Shown piece after piece: positions 13,687-26,225 of a DNA stretch of 64,000 nt (its first letter is position 1; each line of letters opens with the position of its first letter). This DNA is from Ophelia neglecta. Its lineage: Eukaryota. Below the pieces are notes generated by a model. It ran no database searches. It was given only the letters and a program-made list of their open reading frames with translations, and was not told the DNA's origin. The stretch covers positions 9,734,001 to 9,798,000 of the forward strand of contig OZ260661.1 of assembly GCA_965285935.1 (NCBI GenBank), in the 5' to 3' direction. The position numbers were made by a program, and so were the translations under genes.

Positions 13687-16600
13687 CTGGAAATAGGATA
13701 TACCTGGATATAGAACGGCCAGATATCATTCAGATACCACTGAGGACTAATCGTAGGCCGGGAAAGAGAGATAGCCACAACATGGAGAAGAATGGAGAGA
13801 GTGATGGAAACGTAGACATGTGACTCCTACGCATCACTGCCTGGCCTAGATTTGTAGTTGGATATTTGGGGGTTTTGGGCCATGTTGGGATTGGCTAGAT
13901 ACCATACCACTGAGGAGTAATCGCAGATCAGGAAAAGGAGGTAGTTATAACGTGGAGAATTATAATGAAGAAATAGGAATGGGACTCGTACCTTGGCCCG
14001 GGCCTCCCTAGAGGCCTCCGCCTCGGCGGCCATGGCTCTCTGCATCTGCTGCGGAAGGCGGACGTCCTTACTGGAAAAAGCAAAGGCAAAAGTACAAAAT
14101 AATGTATGATACTCAGTCAAAAATACTCATAAACACTAGTAGAAAATGTTATAATATTTTGAGGTCATTTTGAACTTTCTTTTTATCCCTGACTGATGAT
14201 TCTGTTTTACTTACACTTCTACTCTCTCGACTTTCACTCCCCATGGGTCAGTCCCCTGGTCAAGAACTTGCTGAAAAAGAAACGACCATGTATGTAAAGA
14301 TGTAGTTCAGATGGTGTGTTTGAATGGGTGAGAATCAGCGTTATATATCGTAAGCAGAATGATCGAATGATGAATCCTTACAGTGACCAATCCCGCCAGA
14401 TATGTCGCACTACAGTCTTAACATCAGTCACCAAATAAATACCTTAATATAGAAGCAATGAAAGTAATAATTGAAATTTAGTTGGTTGTTTAGCCACTGG
14501 GATTCTTTTTTTATATTTCAAAGTTATGTAATCTTATTAAAATGAGTTCTGTAACGCAACCATTAGAAAATCAATATAGAATGTGTATAGTTCTCACGTC
14601 TATACTTCTAAAGTGTATCCTAAAGGTAGAAGACTAGTTTTTAGTTAACAACTTCGTCTTCTATAATATCGGAAAAAATTTCTGGTATTTAGCAGTAAAT
14701 GAAAAAAGGTGAAATAAGTTTTCTCTCTTTATACATATCTCTTGCACGTCTATTGAACGTTACAAAATGTGCTTTATTTCTACCTCTACTACTATAACAA
14801 TAATCATACCTCAAGGAAAGGCTGGTGACTCCTTAATTTACTTTTTCTTAAATTGTGTTATGTGGTTGACTGGCTTAGTATGAATATACTCTAGTTGCTT
14901 TTATCATTAGTATTTTTTGACCGTAATATATTGATCAAACCTGAATTTAGCTGATTTCATCTCATTGAGAGAGGATCTCGCTCATTTTAAACATGCTCGG
15001 TGTATTGCGGAGTCCTAAATATATATACCAACCTGCATATTCTGGCTGATTTCATCTCTCTGAGAGAGGATCTCGCTCAGTGTCTTCATGCCGAGTGTGT
15101 TACGGAGAGTGGTCTGAGCAAGCAGCTTGGTGGACGTCGAGGCGTTCTCCACGTTGATTACTGACGTCATGGGGTCGTTTATCCGGAAGTACACCACAGC
15201 GTCTACAGCAACTGTCACGCTGTCCTTGGTTAAAATCTAAAGTTCAAATAGAAACAAATCAAAGTCAAAAACATGCCACGGCCCCGGTCTATGGCAAGTG
15301 TGAACACGGTTAGTTGAAATCTGATGACCAAATACAAAAGAACGTCAAAACTTCACAGGTCAAATAACATGTGCCAAAGTAAATATGTCCTTAACCACGA
15401 GGAGGGCCGTCAAGGTTCCCTGTCTTTTGTAATCTAAATGGTCAAAGTCAAAAGTTTCAGTCCAAAGTGCAGACGACCAAATAACATATACATTTACTGC
15501 TTTTATATATTCAAAATATAATTTTGTATTAAAGACATAAATAATCGATATATTCCTACTCTGATAAGATACTTTATTACTATTATTGTATTGAAATAGT
15601 CCAGTGAACAGGATTTTGGGGCATTTAAATAACGGTAAGATTACAGCTAAAATACTACAAAAGTGGTTTCCAGATCAAATAATTTAGGCATAATGCTGAC
15701 TAATAAGTTCTGACCTCTTGTGGGGGAACGTCAAATGAAACCGTCCTCAGATCAACTCGAACAAAGTTGTCAGTGCAGGGCAGCACAAAAAACAAACCTG
15801 GGGAACAAAAAAAACAATGTGTCTCATTTGTCTCAGATACATGACATTTGTCCCATGTATTGGAGGTCTAATACGCAGACTTGTCTACTGTATTGAAGGC
15901 CAAGCAATGACACGACTCAGGAGATGAATGTCAAACAGTAACCTATGTTGCAGGTGTTGAATGCCAAACAATGAAACTTGTTACTGGGAATGAAAATCAA
16001 ACATTGAGACTTGACTCAGGTATTGAAGGTCTAAACAATGATAATCTTCCTAGGTTATGAAGGTTAAACAATGAGACTTGTCTTATGCATTGAAGGTCAA
16101 ACAAAAAGTCAGGAAGCAAGTTATATACTACACAAGGTTATAGAAATGGCCATAACACATAGTAACGATATTTGCAATCGGTTCTTTGAATAAGAACTGC
16201 TAGGAGTCATGGTTACCAAGAAAATCGATTCACTAACCTGGACCCTTGGGTTCCGGCAGAGCTCTTCCCAATCGAAATATAATGGCCCTCTCATACTCTT
16301 GGACAATCTGGAAGAAACAAAATAACTCTCATAGACTTTATGTTTTTGTCATTAGCAGAACGACGCATAGATACGTTAATATTACCTATAAAAATGATGA
16401 CCGCACGTAGTGTCAACAAAATATAACATGGTGCGTAATACACAGATAGGGTGGAAGATCGAGCAACCAGCGAGATTTTGTTTTGGGAGGGGGGGGGGGG
16501 GGGAGGTATTAGGATTTATATTTTGGATATGTCATGGGGTTTGTTGAGATTGGTGCTAAGGTCAACCTACTATAATCCTATTTGGTAGGGATGTGTCTTA

Positions 16601-19600
16601 TGTGTCAGAATGGGTGTTTTCAACCACCTACATTTAAACCCATTGGGTGGCTGGTATAGGATGGGGTTTGTTTGGATGGTTGCCTACTTTAAAAAAATTA
16701 CTGTAGGCGGAAATGGGTGGTTACAAATAACTATACATTTAAACCCGCAGGTTAGACGGGTATAAGATTAGGTTGCCGGGATGGGTGTATTGGTCGACTT
16801 ACCTTTAAACACAGGCTATGCGCGAATAGGGTGGGGTTTGGTGGGACGTGTCCCTACAGCTAGGTCTACTTACCTTCAATCCCATACAGAGCGCGAAGGG
16901 AAAGAGGCAGACACAGAGGATCCAGGAGAATACGACCAGACAACTCCCACAACAGCCTGAACTCTCATCCGAGTCTGATTGCCTGGTGTAACCCCCTCCC
17001 ACTGACCGTGGCGCTGTAAAAAAAAAAGGAGAAACACATTTATGTTTATCACATGACTGGGCTATTTTCAGTTTTGTTTACCTTGCTAATATTACACTAC
17101 TTAGCTGTTATGAATATGATTGAAATACAATTTTAATACTTAATTAAACGAGATATTTTTCCTACGTTTGTGGGATTGGATTAAAAGGTTAACGACACAT
17201 ACATTTCATATATATTAATACACTTTACTGGGTCCCAATTTTGGCTAACTGCGATTTGGTGCACTTAAGTGTCCAGTATTACAACTCCGGAAAAAATATT
17301 AATTAACAGCAGAAGCACAGTTAAGGAGGTCAAGGAGCTTTTTTTCTTTAAATGTATGGAAAAATATATTTAGTTACAACTTTCATGGGTTACATCAAGG
17401 ATTTGGATTTTTGGGGCTTAATGACACATAAGCACCATGTGGGCCATTTCGTGTCTTAAGTTAGGTATAGGTTATATATTATCTATTGTACTGTCTATGC
17501 TATTTACATGGGGATAATAGTAAGACAAAAGTAGTTATTGAACTATTTCATAAAAATCTTCTAGGTGGATGGCTCATGTTTTTTTTTACTAAAATATGTT
17601 AGTAAAGGAAGATAAAAAGTTAGTTGACATCGTCATATAAGGTTTTGAGGCTGTCAACTTTATTAAAACGGTTTCTAGCCTCGACGAAATCGCTACATTC
17701 TAACAGAATATGTTGGATTAACTGGCATTGGCACTTTTCACAAAAAGTTCGATCCTCTAGTCTCAGATGATGAGTGTGTGAGAAATGACCAAGTTTTCCC
17801 TCCGGGAGGCAACAGGCTGTTGTAAGGATTTTGGTATGGTGGGGCAGACCGAGTGCATTTTGTTTTCCATAGCCTTGTCCCAGGCGCTCTGCCATTGTTT
17901 CCAGCCATTTCATGATTCTTATATATGTTAATATATAATAACATTTATATTAATATAAAACATATAGAAAACACAAATTTGGGGGTCCCCGTGATGGTCA
18001 TACGTGGTGACCAAAATGGGGAGCATTTCTTACTAAGAAATGCCCACTTTGCACTATAAATAGCCAATAGTTTATTACTTTTAAGCAGATCTGCAATATA
18101 GATTGTAAATTAAATGGCTAAGTCCATAAATTGAAAAATTCATCATAATCTGACACCAAAATTGACACATATTATCCAAAATAAATTATTTCAAAATGAA
18201 CAAAATACAAAGCATGCATGATTAAACGGTAAACTGTGTCGAAAATATTTGAAGAAAACACCCTAAGGAAATTAAATTAAATGTTTGGGTTTTAACGTCC
18301 CTTTCACACTCACATACAACAACAACGAAAACACAATCTTCGCCAAGTATATCAGGACATGTATAATTATAGTGTGCTTTCTGTTATCTGACCGAATCAT
18401 ATGATCCCAATCAGCTCTGGGTTTATGGCCACTGTTAGCGTACAAGGCGATTTATTCACTGCTTGCCGAAGGGGGAGGGGGTGAAGAGAACTATTTAAAA
18501 TTCAAATGAAACGTTAACTCGGATCGCCACTGGCTAACTATCGGTTTGTTTTTTATATACACACATTGAGGGAAAAATAAGGTGTTGGATGGTCATCTGG
18601 CACTGACAGCCGACGCAAATTGTTGTGTCCTCTCTTCTGAAGTTAAGAGTGTGCCAAATAGGAGTGGCCAATTGGCAGGCGAGTTATAATTAAGTCGTCT
18701 CTTTGTGAAGCGGGGAAAAACAAAGATAAAGGTTACATTTCTCCAGGGGGGGGGGGGGGTCACTGCCATATACACTTTCTTTGTGTGTGAGATGGACTCA
18801 CTGCCAATTCCATCCATTCTGATCATGTGCCGCCAGAAACCGTAACAAGGTAGGGAATTAACGCTTGCTAAGAGTCTGTTTTGCAGAAAATGCCTTAGAT
18901 AAAGGTGCATTTTTTTTTGGGAAATAGCTAGATATTGGGACATTTTGACAGTTGCCCGATTGGAAACCATGAAAACAATATTTTAATGTAGTAATTAAGA
19001 TCGTCTAATGGTCATGTATTGCTCCCTATTGATAAATTGATAAGGAAGTGTTAGCTGGAAAAATCTAATTGGTAGTTATCGATTCGGTTTCTGGAGAAAT
19101 GCGCCATTTCCGTGATTCAGAACCTTCTGGACAATGTTTTACGAGTAAAAGGTCCTCCTTCTTCTGTCCTCCTTCACAACGTAAATTTGTTCATAAAAAA
19201 CTAATATTCATACAGGTGTTGCCACCTGGATCCCACCTATCGTCAGTCCGGTGATTCCGATGGGTTATATTAATATTTTATAGTAATAATACAAGTCGAT
19301 GAGCATAGGATGATACATGTTCTGACTGTAGTGTAAGGGCGCGTTTACTAGATATAGACCTTCGATGACTGTTACTATGAGCAGGTTTATCTGTCATCAA
19401 AAAACACCGACGCACATGAATGAACTGAGGTGATATCGACCACTAAATCTGGCCAATTAAGTAAAGAAGAAATGCTCTTTGGTGGGCCTAAACTACGTGC
19501 GGCGCTATCAAAATCAAACGGAACCCCCAAGGGAAATGCAACCAATTTGATATTGGCTGATGTCCCAGAACTTTGGCCTATTTGAGATTGAGATTGGCCT

Positions 19601-20451
19601 TGCCATAAACACAATCTTATCGGCACTTTCCTGGCTTGACCTTTGACCCACGCACAATAACTCGGTCATAAAGATAACGTTGTGCCCTTTTATGCCTAGG
19701 TCTAGTAGGTGCTCACAGTTACTAGTACATTTATTTGTTTTCATGGTCATATATGTTATAGATAGCCCAAATGTAGGCCATGGATTATACATAATATAGG
19801 TGAATGCATGGTTAATGAAAAAAAATTTTTATTTCTTGGGCCCCATTCAAAACATTTGTTTATTGAATACTGTCCTTTTTTAGACTGGTCAACGTTGTTA
19901 TTACATCAAATTTGGGTTTGGGTTTGTTTAATATGTAACACGAGCTGTTTCTATCATTAATGCTGACTATTTTAAAAGTACATGTAATTTGTTCGCGTTG
20001 ACCAGAGAATAAATCCAATTCAGTTGATCATTGATTTATGTTAGCGTGTTTGGCAGCTGATTGTTAATTGTTCGGTGTATGGTGGGGTAAAGGCGGCTGA
20101 CATATTTGGGGCTACTCATTTCTTCAGGGGGAGCTGTCGTAAAGTGTTGGTGGCGGTTGCATCATGGGAAATATGTTGACCATATAGTTACATCGCAGTA
20201 CCTTCGTTATATTAACATTCGTTGTGCCATTAATGCAGCATTTTCTCGACATAATAAGGAAGTCAATACATATTGAAATTTGACCCTTGTTTTGGGGATT
20301 ATGGGGGGGGGGGGGGGAGGTTGATGTGATAATCCTGTGTGGTCTTTACGAAAATAACAAATGCACCAAATGGTAGATACATCCTGATTTTTAGTCACGA
20401 TCATTATGTATGTCCTAAAGTAACCTTGTCACTGTGAGACGGGGATCGGCG

Positions 20452-20547
<96 letters not shown>

Positions 20548-20779
20548 GGGCGTGGGGGTGTCATTTTAGCTATGATTCATAGTTCGGGGTCCATTTCTAA
20601 TGTCACATTTGTTGGCAATGTATAACTGGGGATCTCCGTATATTCCTCTATATCTGACACTAGAAATGTATCTAAAGCTAGGAATCTTAGCTATATGGTG
20701 ATACTCAGATATAATGCATTATAACAAAAAACAACTTACGGCTGTCTACCTTAACTGTGAATCCTTCGTTACTAGACAT
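13483..20779 (-). CDS. Stomatin / band 7 (SPFH/PHB domain, mec-2-like) membrane protein; 8 coding exons, 291 aa
   Basis: Exons 20779-20740, 17013-16874, 16307-16238, 15797-15715, 15236-15033, 14270-14215, 14070-13992 and 13686-13483 total 876 nt, all GT-AG and phase-compatible. Translation contains [113 protein letters not shown]. Confidence 0.95.
13992..14070 (-). CDS. Stomatin-like gene exon 7
   Basis: [26 protein letters not shown]; ttttccag and GTACGA boundaries. Confidence 0.95.
14215..14270 (-). CDS. Stomatin-like gene exon 6
   Basis: [18 protein letters not shown](V); tttttcag and GTAAGT boundaries. Confidence 0.93.
14936..15013 (-). pseudogene. Decayed intronic duplicate of the 3' end of stomatin exon 5
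   Basis: gctgatttcatctc..tgagagaggatctcgctca....catgc..ggtgt.tt.cggag matches 15045-15110 with substitutions and indels. Confidence 0.75.
15033..15236 (-). CDS. Stomatin-like gene exon 5
   Basis: [19 protein letters not shown]...RDEISQNMQ; tttag and GTTGGT boundaries. Confidence 0.95.
15715..15797 (-). CDS. Stomatin-like gene exon 4
   Basis: [28 protein letters not shown]; ccccag and GTCAGA boundaries. Confidence 0.93.
15825..16110. repeat. Degenerate ~33-bp minisatellite in stomatin intron 3
   Basis: Recurring unit like tattgaaggtcaaacaatgagacttgtc. Confidence 0.65.
16238..16307 (-). CDS. Stomatin-like gene exon 3
   Basis: [23 protein letters not shown]; ttccag and GTTAGT boundaries; this frame is not in the ORF track. 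Confidence 0.93.
16874..17013 (-). CDS. Stomatin-like gene exon 2 (Cys-rich membrane hairpin)
   Basis: poly-T-ACAG acceptor, GTAAGT donor; encodes [28 protein letters not shown]. Confidence 0.9.
17400..17890 (-). mobile_element. 3' fragment of an I/Nimb-type LINE in stomatin intron 1
   Basis: ORF 17620-17913 carries LGH..H.L..EDR.FCEKC.CQL.QHILLEC.DF..ARNRF....LKTLYD, resembling the C-terminal CCHC region of I-group LINEs; tail-like sequence near 17400-17455. Confidence 0.65.
18277..18310 (-). mobile_element. SINE 3' tail remnant
   Basis: ttaaatgtttgggttttaacgtccctt is identical to the tail of the SINE at 49310-49506. Confidence 0.6.
20452..20543. repeat. (GA)n microsatellite
   Basis: ~90 bp of near-perfect GA repeat in stomatin intron 1. 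Confidence 0.98.
20740..20779 (-). CDS. Stomatin-like gene exon 1 ([13 protein letters not shown])
   Basis: ATG in gaaATG context and a GTAAGT donor; its phase 1 matches exon 2. Not conserved, so assigned by splice logic only. Confidence 0.7.
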
Positions 20780-23504
20780 TTCTGGGTGTATCCTCCGGTC
20801 TGCACGGTCGGCAGGGGCCTTCTCGTGTATGTCCGTTTTGACACAGTGAAAATAAGACCTCAATCGAACACTTCCAACAAACTTCCAATTGTATTATACA
20901 ATAACAAAACGACACCACAGTATTGGCCTGTTTCCCGATCTGAATAGAACTAGAACGAGGTGCTGGAATAAATGAAAACTGTTCACAATAACACTTGATT
21001 CTAGGCTTTTGGCGGTAATATAACTATAAATCACCTTGATAACGGGTGTTCGCTGGTTTAGGTATACTTGTTATCCAGACTGGTAGGTGTCCGACTACAA
21101 TCCGACTGTTAATAAAGGTTATCTACCTGTGCAGGGGCCTGGCTGATAAAGACCTATGACGCACGTGATTGTGACCAGGAGGCCAAATGACCGTAGTACG
21201 TCATGGCAAATATCACATGGGCCAAAAGAGAGAGGGAAGGGGGGGGGGGGCGGCGGCCTATATAGTAGGTGATAAGGTGCATGCCTATATTTTATTTAAG
21301 TGTGTATTAAGGGGCATTCCCATACCGTGGCTTGGCCAGAAAATATGCCATTGTAAATGTTGACATGGTCTTTGAGGTTGACACCCGCGAAATGGAATTC
21401 ACATTTAAAATTTCACAAATAAATATTTTCAAGCTGTATTTGCGATTCATTATTACGTGGGTACATTGTTAAATAAAATAAATAAAACACCCCTCCCCCC
21501 ATGCACAGACACGCTTCCACCGTCTGACCACAAGCAGTCAGTACCCCCGCCCCCCTTCCACCAGACACACACCTAAAATGCAAGTTATGTTTCTACTGCG
21601 TGTTTTCTCCAAGCAGCTACGTACCTACCAGCGCATTTAGGCCCCAAACCTCCGTCCCAACCCCACGCATACAAACCTGGCAGCCGATAGTCTTTGCCTC
21701 CACTTGCTCTTACACAAGCTTCCCGACCCCTATCACCCCCAGACAGTAGCCCCCTCCAATAAACTGATCCACCAGTGCGATAAGATCGTCTTACGACAAT
21801 GAATCGGTGCGAATCACGAGTACCTATACTGATACTGATAATCTGATTAATATCTAGGTTTAATTCCTAGATTTATGATTGACACGGACTCTTAGTCACT
21901 TATATTTTCATGAGGACAATAAGGATCGGGGGACGGGGATGAAAAAGGGGGGGGGGGGCAGCACCACTTGCATCCGTACTCGGTATGTGCCGCCAAAAAG
22001 ATTGTTTTGAGGGTCTGTTTCACAGGTTACCCCTAAGAGTGGTTTTTTTTCATTGAAAGTGCCTACATAACGGTGTTTTTCCTGCAATGTGTGGATGTTT
22101 GTTATTCTGATCATTTCGAGGAACTAAGATGTGTTTGTGTTCGTAGTGACCCCTAGTGAGTGCCATACAGCCCTACATACAGTAACGTTGGCTACAATGC
22201 AAATCAGGAAAACAAAATGCCCTTAAATAGATTACTTAAACCCAATGTTCATGTTTCCTCTCAAGCGTATAAAAAATGGAAGATTGTACATGACTGGTCA
22301 TATTGACCTCTGATGGTGAATTTTAAATGGGTTAAAATGCATCATGCTTCTCTAGGAAGTGTGAAGGTATTCTCGTTTAAATAGAACTTTAAAAGGTCAA
22401 AACTGTGGTCAAAAGGTTATATTGTTTCTGTAAGTAGTAGAGACATGCAGTCCTCATTTCTTATAGTTAATAGCCCTATTTTGATGTAATTGAGTGCCTA
22501 GTTAAAAAAACAGTTTGTGTTAAAATTGAAATGTTTTTACTATGTATTACAGTAAGGACTATCAGGATATTCTTTAAAAATGCTGAGCAGATGTTAGCAT
22601 ACTGCTTCTCCGTTCTGATCATTTCACATCCACATGAAAATTATATGGTAGCAAGCACATTAGTGCCAATCCCTATTTTCTGCATGAAAAATGTGCCATA
22701 CACCTGCAAATACAGGTTACCTTTTACTAGTCCAACAGAAGTTGTGCCATGTTGGAATTTTTATTTGCATTTTTCAGATAGTAAAGTGCCCAATCAAATG
22801 TGTTCAAAAGCATATGTTTGCGCTGAAAAATCTGCAATGCTAGGTTAACTTTTACTAGTTTCACAGAAGTTGTGCAATGCTGGAAGTTTTATTTAGATTT
22901 TTTATTATTATAATGGTTATTGAAGTTCATTATCTAGCCTTTTACAAGGACCAGTCAATGTCTTTCATTGCTTATTGTTGCCATAATATTTATTGTATTA
23001 TCATGATGCATTCTTGTTTCATATTTGGTATGAAACCCTCAGCATTTTATGCTTTTCTTCAAATACAGCGCAATTGTACGAGTTTTTTTAAAAGCAACAA
23101 ATAAATATTCTCGTTAGAAACAACAATCTGTCTGAACATAGCCTTTAATTATGGGCGCCAACATAATAATACGTATTATTTCGGGACATAGTGTACAAAG
23201 TTTAGGATGAATACCATAAGAACAACAAAGTACTCGCAACAAAGAAAAGTAGCTTGGCCAGAACAGCTTGCTTACAATGTCTAATTGAGAATGAAGTCGT
23301 GAAGAAGAATCCAATAACCTTAGACCAAAACCAAGCATCCTTAGACTAATAAGTTAGAAAAAGCCCCTATGTCATGCTACATCCTCAACATCTAGACCCC
23401 ACCTAGATCCGCCCATTTGGTATATTGACAACAGGATTAACTCCACACCATCCTGACTGATTGAATTAAAAATTTATATATGCGACTTTGAAGAAGCACT
23501 ATCA

Positions 23505-23648
23505 TTAGGACTTAGGCTTACTTTCTACACAGGATTCTCGACAACTCTGAAGATAGCTGATACAGACGGTTTTGACAACCCATTAATCACACGGAGGACT
23601 AATACAGGAATAGTGAGTACACTTTCCCATATTTACGGTTCCATAACA
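23505..23648 (+). repeat. Gypsy 5' LTR remnant (lacks the first ~105 bp)
   Basis: Near-identical to 30270-30423 except a substitution and a 10-bp duplication in the 3' copy; ends CCATAACA just before the PBS. Confidence 0.9.
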
Positions 23649-23649
23649 A

Positions 23650-23662
23650 TGGTGTCAGAAGT
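23650..23662 (+). promoter_or_regulatory. Primer-binding site (tRNA-Leu type)
   Basis: TGGTGTCAGAAGT 1 nt after the LTR, complementary to a tRNA 3' end ACTTCTGACACCA, as in tRNA-Leu(CAA). Confidence 0.8.
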
Positions 23663-25229
23663 AATGTCGAACTTCCACACCGATTAAAACTTATCGGGCC
23701 ATCTTTGAAGTTCACACACGTGTTTAGCACGCCCATGCGCTGTATGTTTCACACGCCTAAGTGTGTGGTCTATAGCCAAGGCTCGTGCATGTAATTGATA
23801 CTCTATAATGTCCACGTGGGGATTGTAAAATCGAGTGCCATCTTAGACTACTAAGCTGGTATATTTCATTCTGAATAAAAGCTATATAATACACGTGCGG
23901 ATTTTTGTTAGCAATTTAGAATTATCTGATGAAATAAATGAATTGTCAGACTTTTTCTCCGACAGTTCTCTAGTCACTGTAAAGACGGTGGCAGCCATAT
24001 TCGGAGATATAGACTGGCATATAGAGCCCATGTTAGTCAGTCATTAGATGCCTGACAGATATTGAATCTTAGCCTTAGATTCCTAAATTCTGATTTCTAG
24101 AAGTGAATTTAGAGAGGAAGTAATTAACTTTTGCTCTAAAGTTCTGAAAGTTATCCAAAAGTTGTAGTGTTTTTGGTTACAGTCAGGACTTAGAAAATTT
24201 CCTTAGACTATCTTTGGCTGTCAGATTGAAATAAATTCAGAGCTACAGAAATTCACTTGTTAGCAAAGTATAGTTGGTAATTAATTCAACTGTAGCTTAA
24301 TGAGTGTAAATGATGTGTGACTAATTGAAACGTGTTTTTCAGCACATTTAGGACACAACTCAGTTCCAGAGTGTGTAAGTGACTTTGGTAAAGGGTTTTT
24401 GATGGCTTAGTTGTGTTGAATTTGCTGGTTTTTGCTTTTTCCTTTGCATGCTTGCCTTTTCCCGCTTACACTAATACTTTTGCTTCATTTTGCTAATTCC
24501 GTTGCGTTGCTTCATTAATCTCTGCCGTTGTACGCTTGGTCTGGTAAATTGCGCTTGCCGTACACGCGGTACTATCTATATTTAGAACTTTGCTTTGTCT
24601 TTACCGTGTGGGTGAGGGTGTAGTGTAGCGCCGCTTTGGTTTTGTTGCACGCTGCAACGCATGGTTCTCGCTGTTCAGTTCGGTAAAAGTTAGACTAGTT
24701 TGCACGCCTGTTCTTTGCCGTTTCGTTGCTATTTTTAGTTGCGTGTAGAGATACTGTCGCTTGCCTAGCTGTGAGCGTTTGCGTGTTAAAGTAAAACAAG
24801 AAAAGTTGAGAGTAGCTTAATAGTTTGATTTAGCTGGAGTAAAAAACCAGCTAGTATTCAAAGTAAATTCTCGGGCAGACAGTGATCAGTCTGTTGAAGG
24901 AGTTTAACTAATTTCACCAAGTTTATACTGTAAATCACTCGACTAGCCGTAGTTGGTACGTGATCTGTGTTACTCGTGGGTCAATCGGTCTCCATGATCA
25001 GGTTGGCTAGCTTGTGACTAACAAACGTCATTCGTTTTACAGTAAACGAGCCTTCAGCGGTGGGAAGAAGACGGTATATCTTTCTACAGATCTAGCTACT
25101 GTATGACGTCAGTCCTTTGAGGATTGGTTATTAGGCTACTGATAGTTTAATAAATAGACTTTCTCAATAGTAGACTTTCTCAAGTAAAATTACAGTCACA
25201 GCTGATCAAATTGTATTTCTGTTAATAAA

Positions 25230-26225
25230 ATGTCAAATGAAATGAATGCAAACGACTTGACTTCTGAGCAACTCCAGACAATTCCAAGTGTAGGGAAGGT
25301 AACTGCTGGTAAAATAGTAACAGCCCAACAACAGGGAAGAATAACTCTCCCACACTTGCGTAATTTGTTTTCTAGTGAACCACATTTTTTGTCAGCTTGT
25401 GAGGCAGGTTTGACTGCTGATCACTTCGTCATGAGTGGTGGCCAGTTGGAGGGCAATGGGGAAGCTTTGGGGGGTCAAGAGGAAATGCAAATAAAGGCAG
25501 AACATGGCGAGCCATTGATTGGAAATTTGCTGTCAGCAGAATTAGACCAAGGGCAGGTTGGCATGACGGTGGAGCAAATGTTCTTAGCGTTGAATCAGAC
25601 TGTCACTGGTTTGGAGAATCGCATTGGTCAGTCGATGAATAAGTCGATGACTGGTATTGAGAGTAGGTTAGATAAATTAGATGAACTTAATCAGGATGTG
25701 AACAAAAAGCTAAAAAGTATGGATGAGGATTCAGCTCTCAGAATGGGTGATGTGAGGGAAGATGTGTCTTCAGTTCGTACGCAATTGGAGACTCATGTTA
25801 AGCAAGCGAAAACCGAGAGTACAAAAACAGCGTTGATGTTCGCAAGCATGCATGGTAACATTGATGGTCAAAGAGAGGAAATTTTGGGAATAAGTGATAG
25901 GATGAGGGCATTCGATTCCCGCGTAACCCTGTTGGCTAGTAAAATAAGTTCTAGGGAATCTAGCAAACGTGGGACTCCTAGCATTTCTGGGGGGTTTCGA
26001 CCAACTCCACAAAGGTTAGCTGCGGTGGCAGATGCGTTGGCGGCTGAAAACCAAACAAGAATGGGGGTCGATCCACGCATCGGTTATCCTGCTCAGTTGG
26101 ATAATGGGGGTCCGCTGATAATGCTGAAGGTACCCCTAAAACTACGGCCGAACAACGGGTATCGGACTCTGACGCAAGATTTAGGTTGGCATTTGAGGTG
26201 CAGCCTACACAACAAAGCAAGTTGA
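25230..26225 (+). CDS. Gypsy ORF1/gag N-terminal part: HhH-like motif followed by coiled coil
   Basis: 331-aa ORF after a ~1.6-kb leader. NANDLTSEQLQTIPSVGKVTAGKIV resembles a helix-hairpin-helix; heptad-rich middle; no recognisable capsid core or zinc knuckle. Confidence 0.7.
   Translation: MSNEMNANDLTSEQLQTIPSVGKVTAGKIVTAQQQGRITLPHLRNLFSSEPHFLSACEAGLTADHFVMSGGQLEGNGEALGGQEEMQIKAEHGEPLIGNLLSAELDQGQVGMTVEQMFLALNQTVTGLENRIGQSMNKSMTGIESRLDKLDELNQDVNKKLKSMDEDSALRMGDVREDVSSVRTQLETHVKQAKTESTKTALMFASMHGNIDGQREEILGISDRMRAFDSRVTLLASKISSRESSKRGTPSISGGFRPTPQRLAAVADALAAENQTRMGVDPRIGYPAQLDNGGPLIMLKVPLKLRPNNGYRTLTQDLGWHLRCSLHNKAS

Noticed and set aside
19387-19792. Two overlapping minus-strand ORFs in stomatin intron 1
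   Set aside because: No recognisable motif or convincing splice boundaries.
20434-20625. Arg/Glu-rich ORF
   Set aside because: Translation of the (GA)n microsatellite.
20800-21300. Stomatin core promoter (TATA-, CRE- and GATA-like motifs)
   Set aside because: Motifs are short and common; the TSS is unknown and non-coding exons cannot be excluded.
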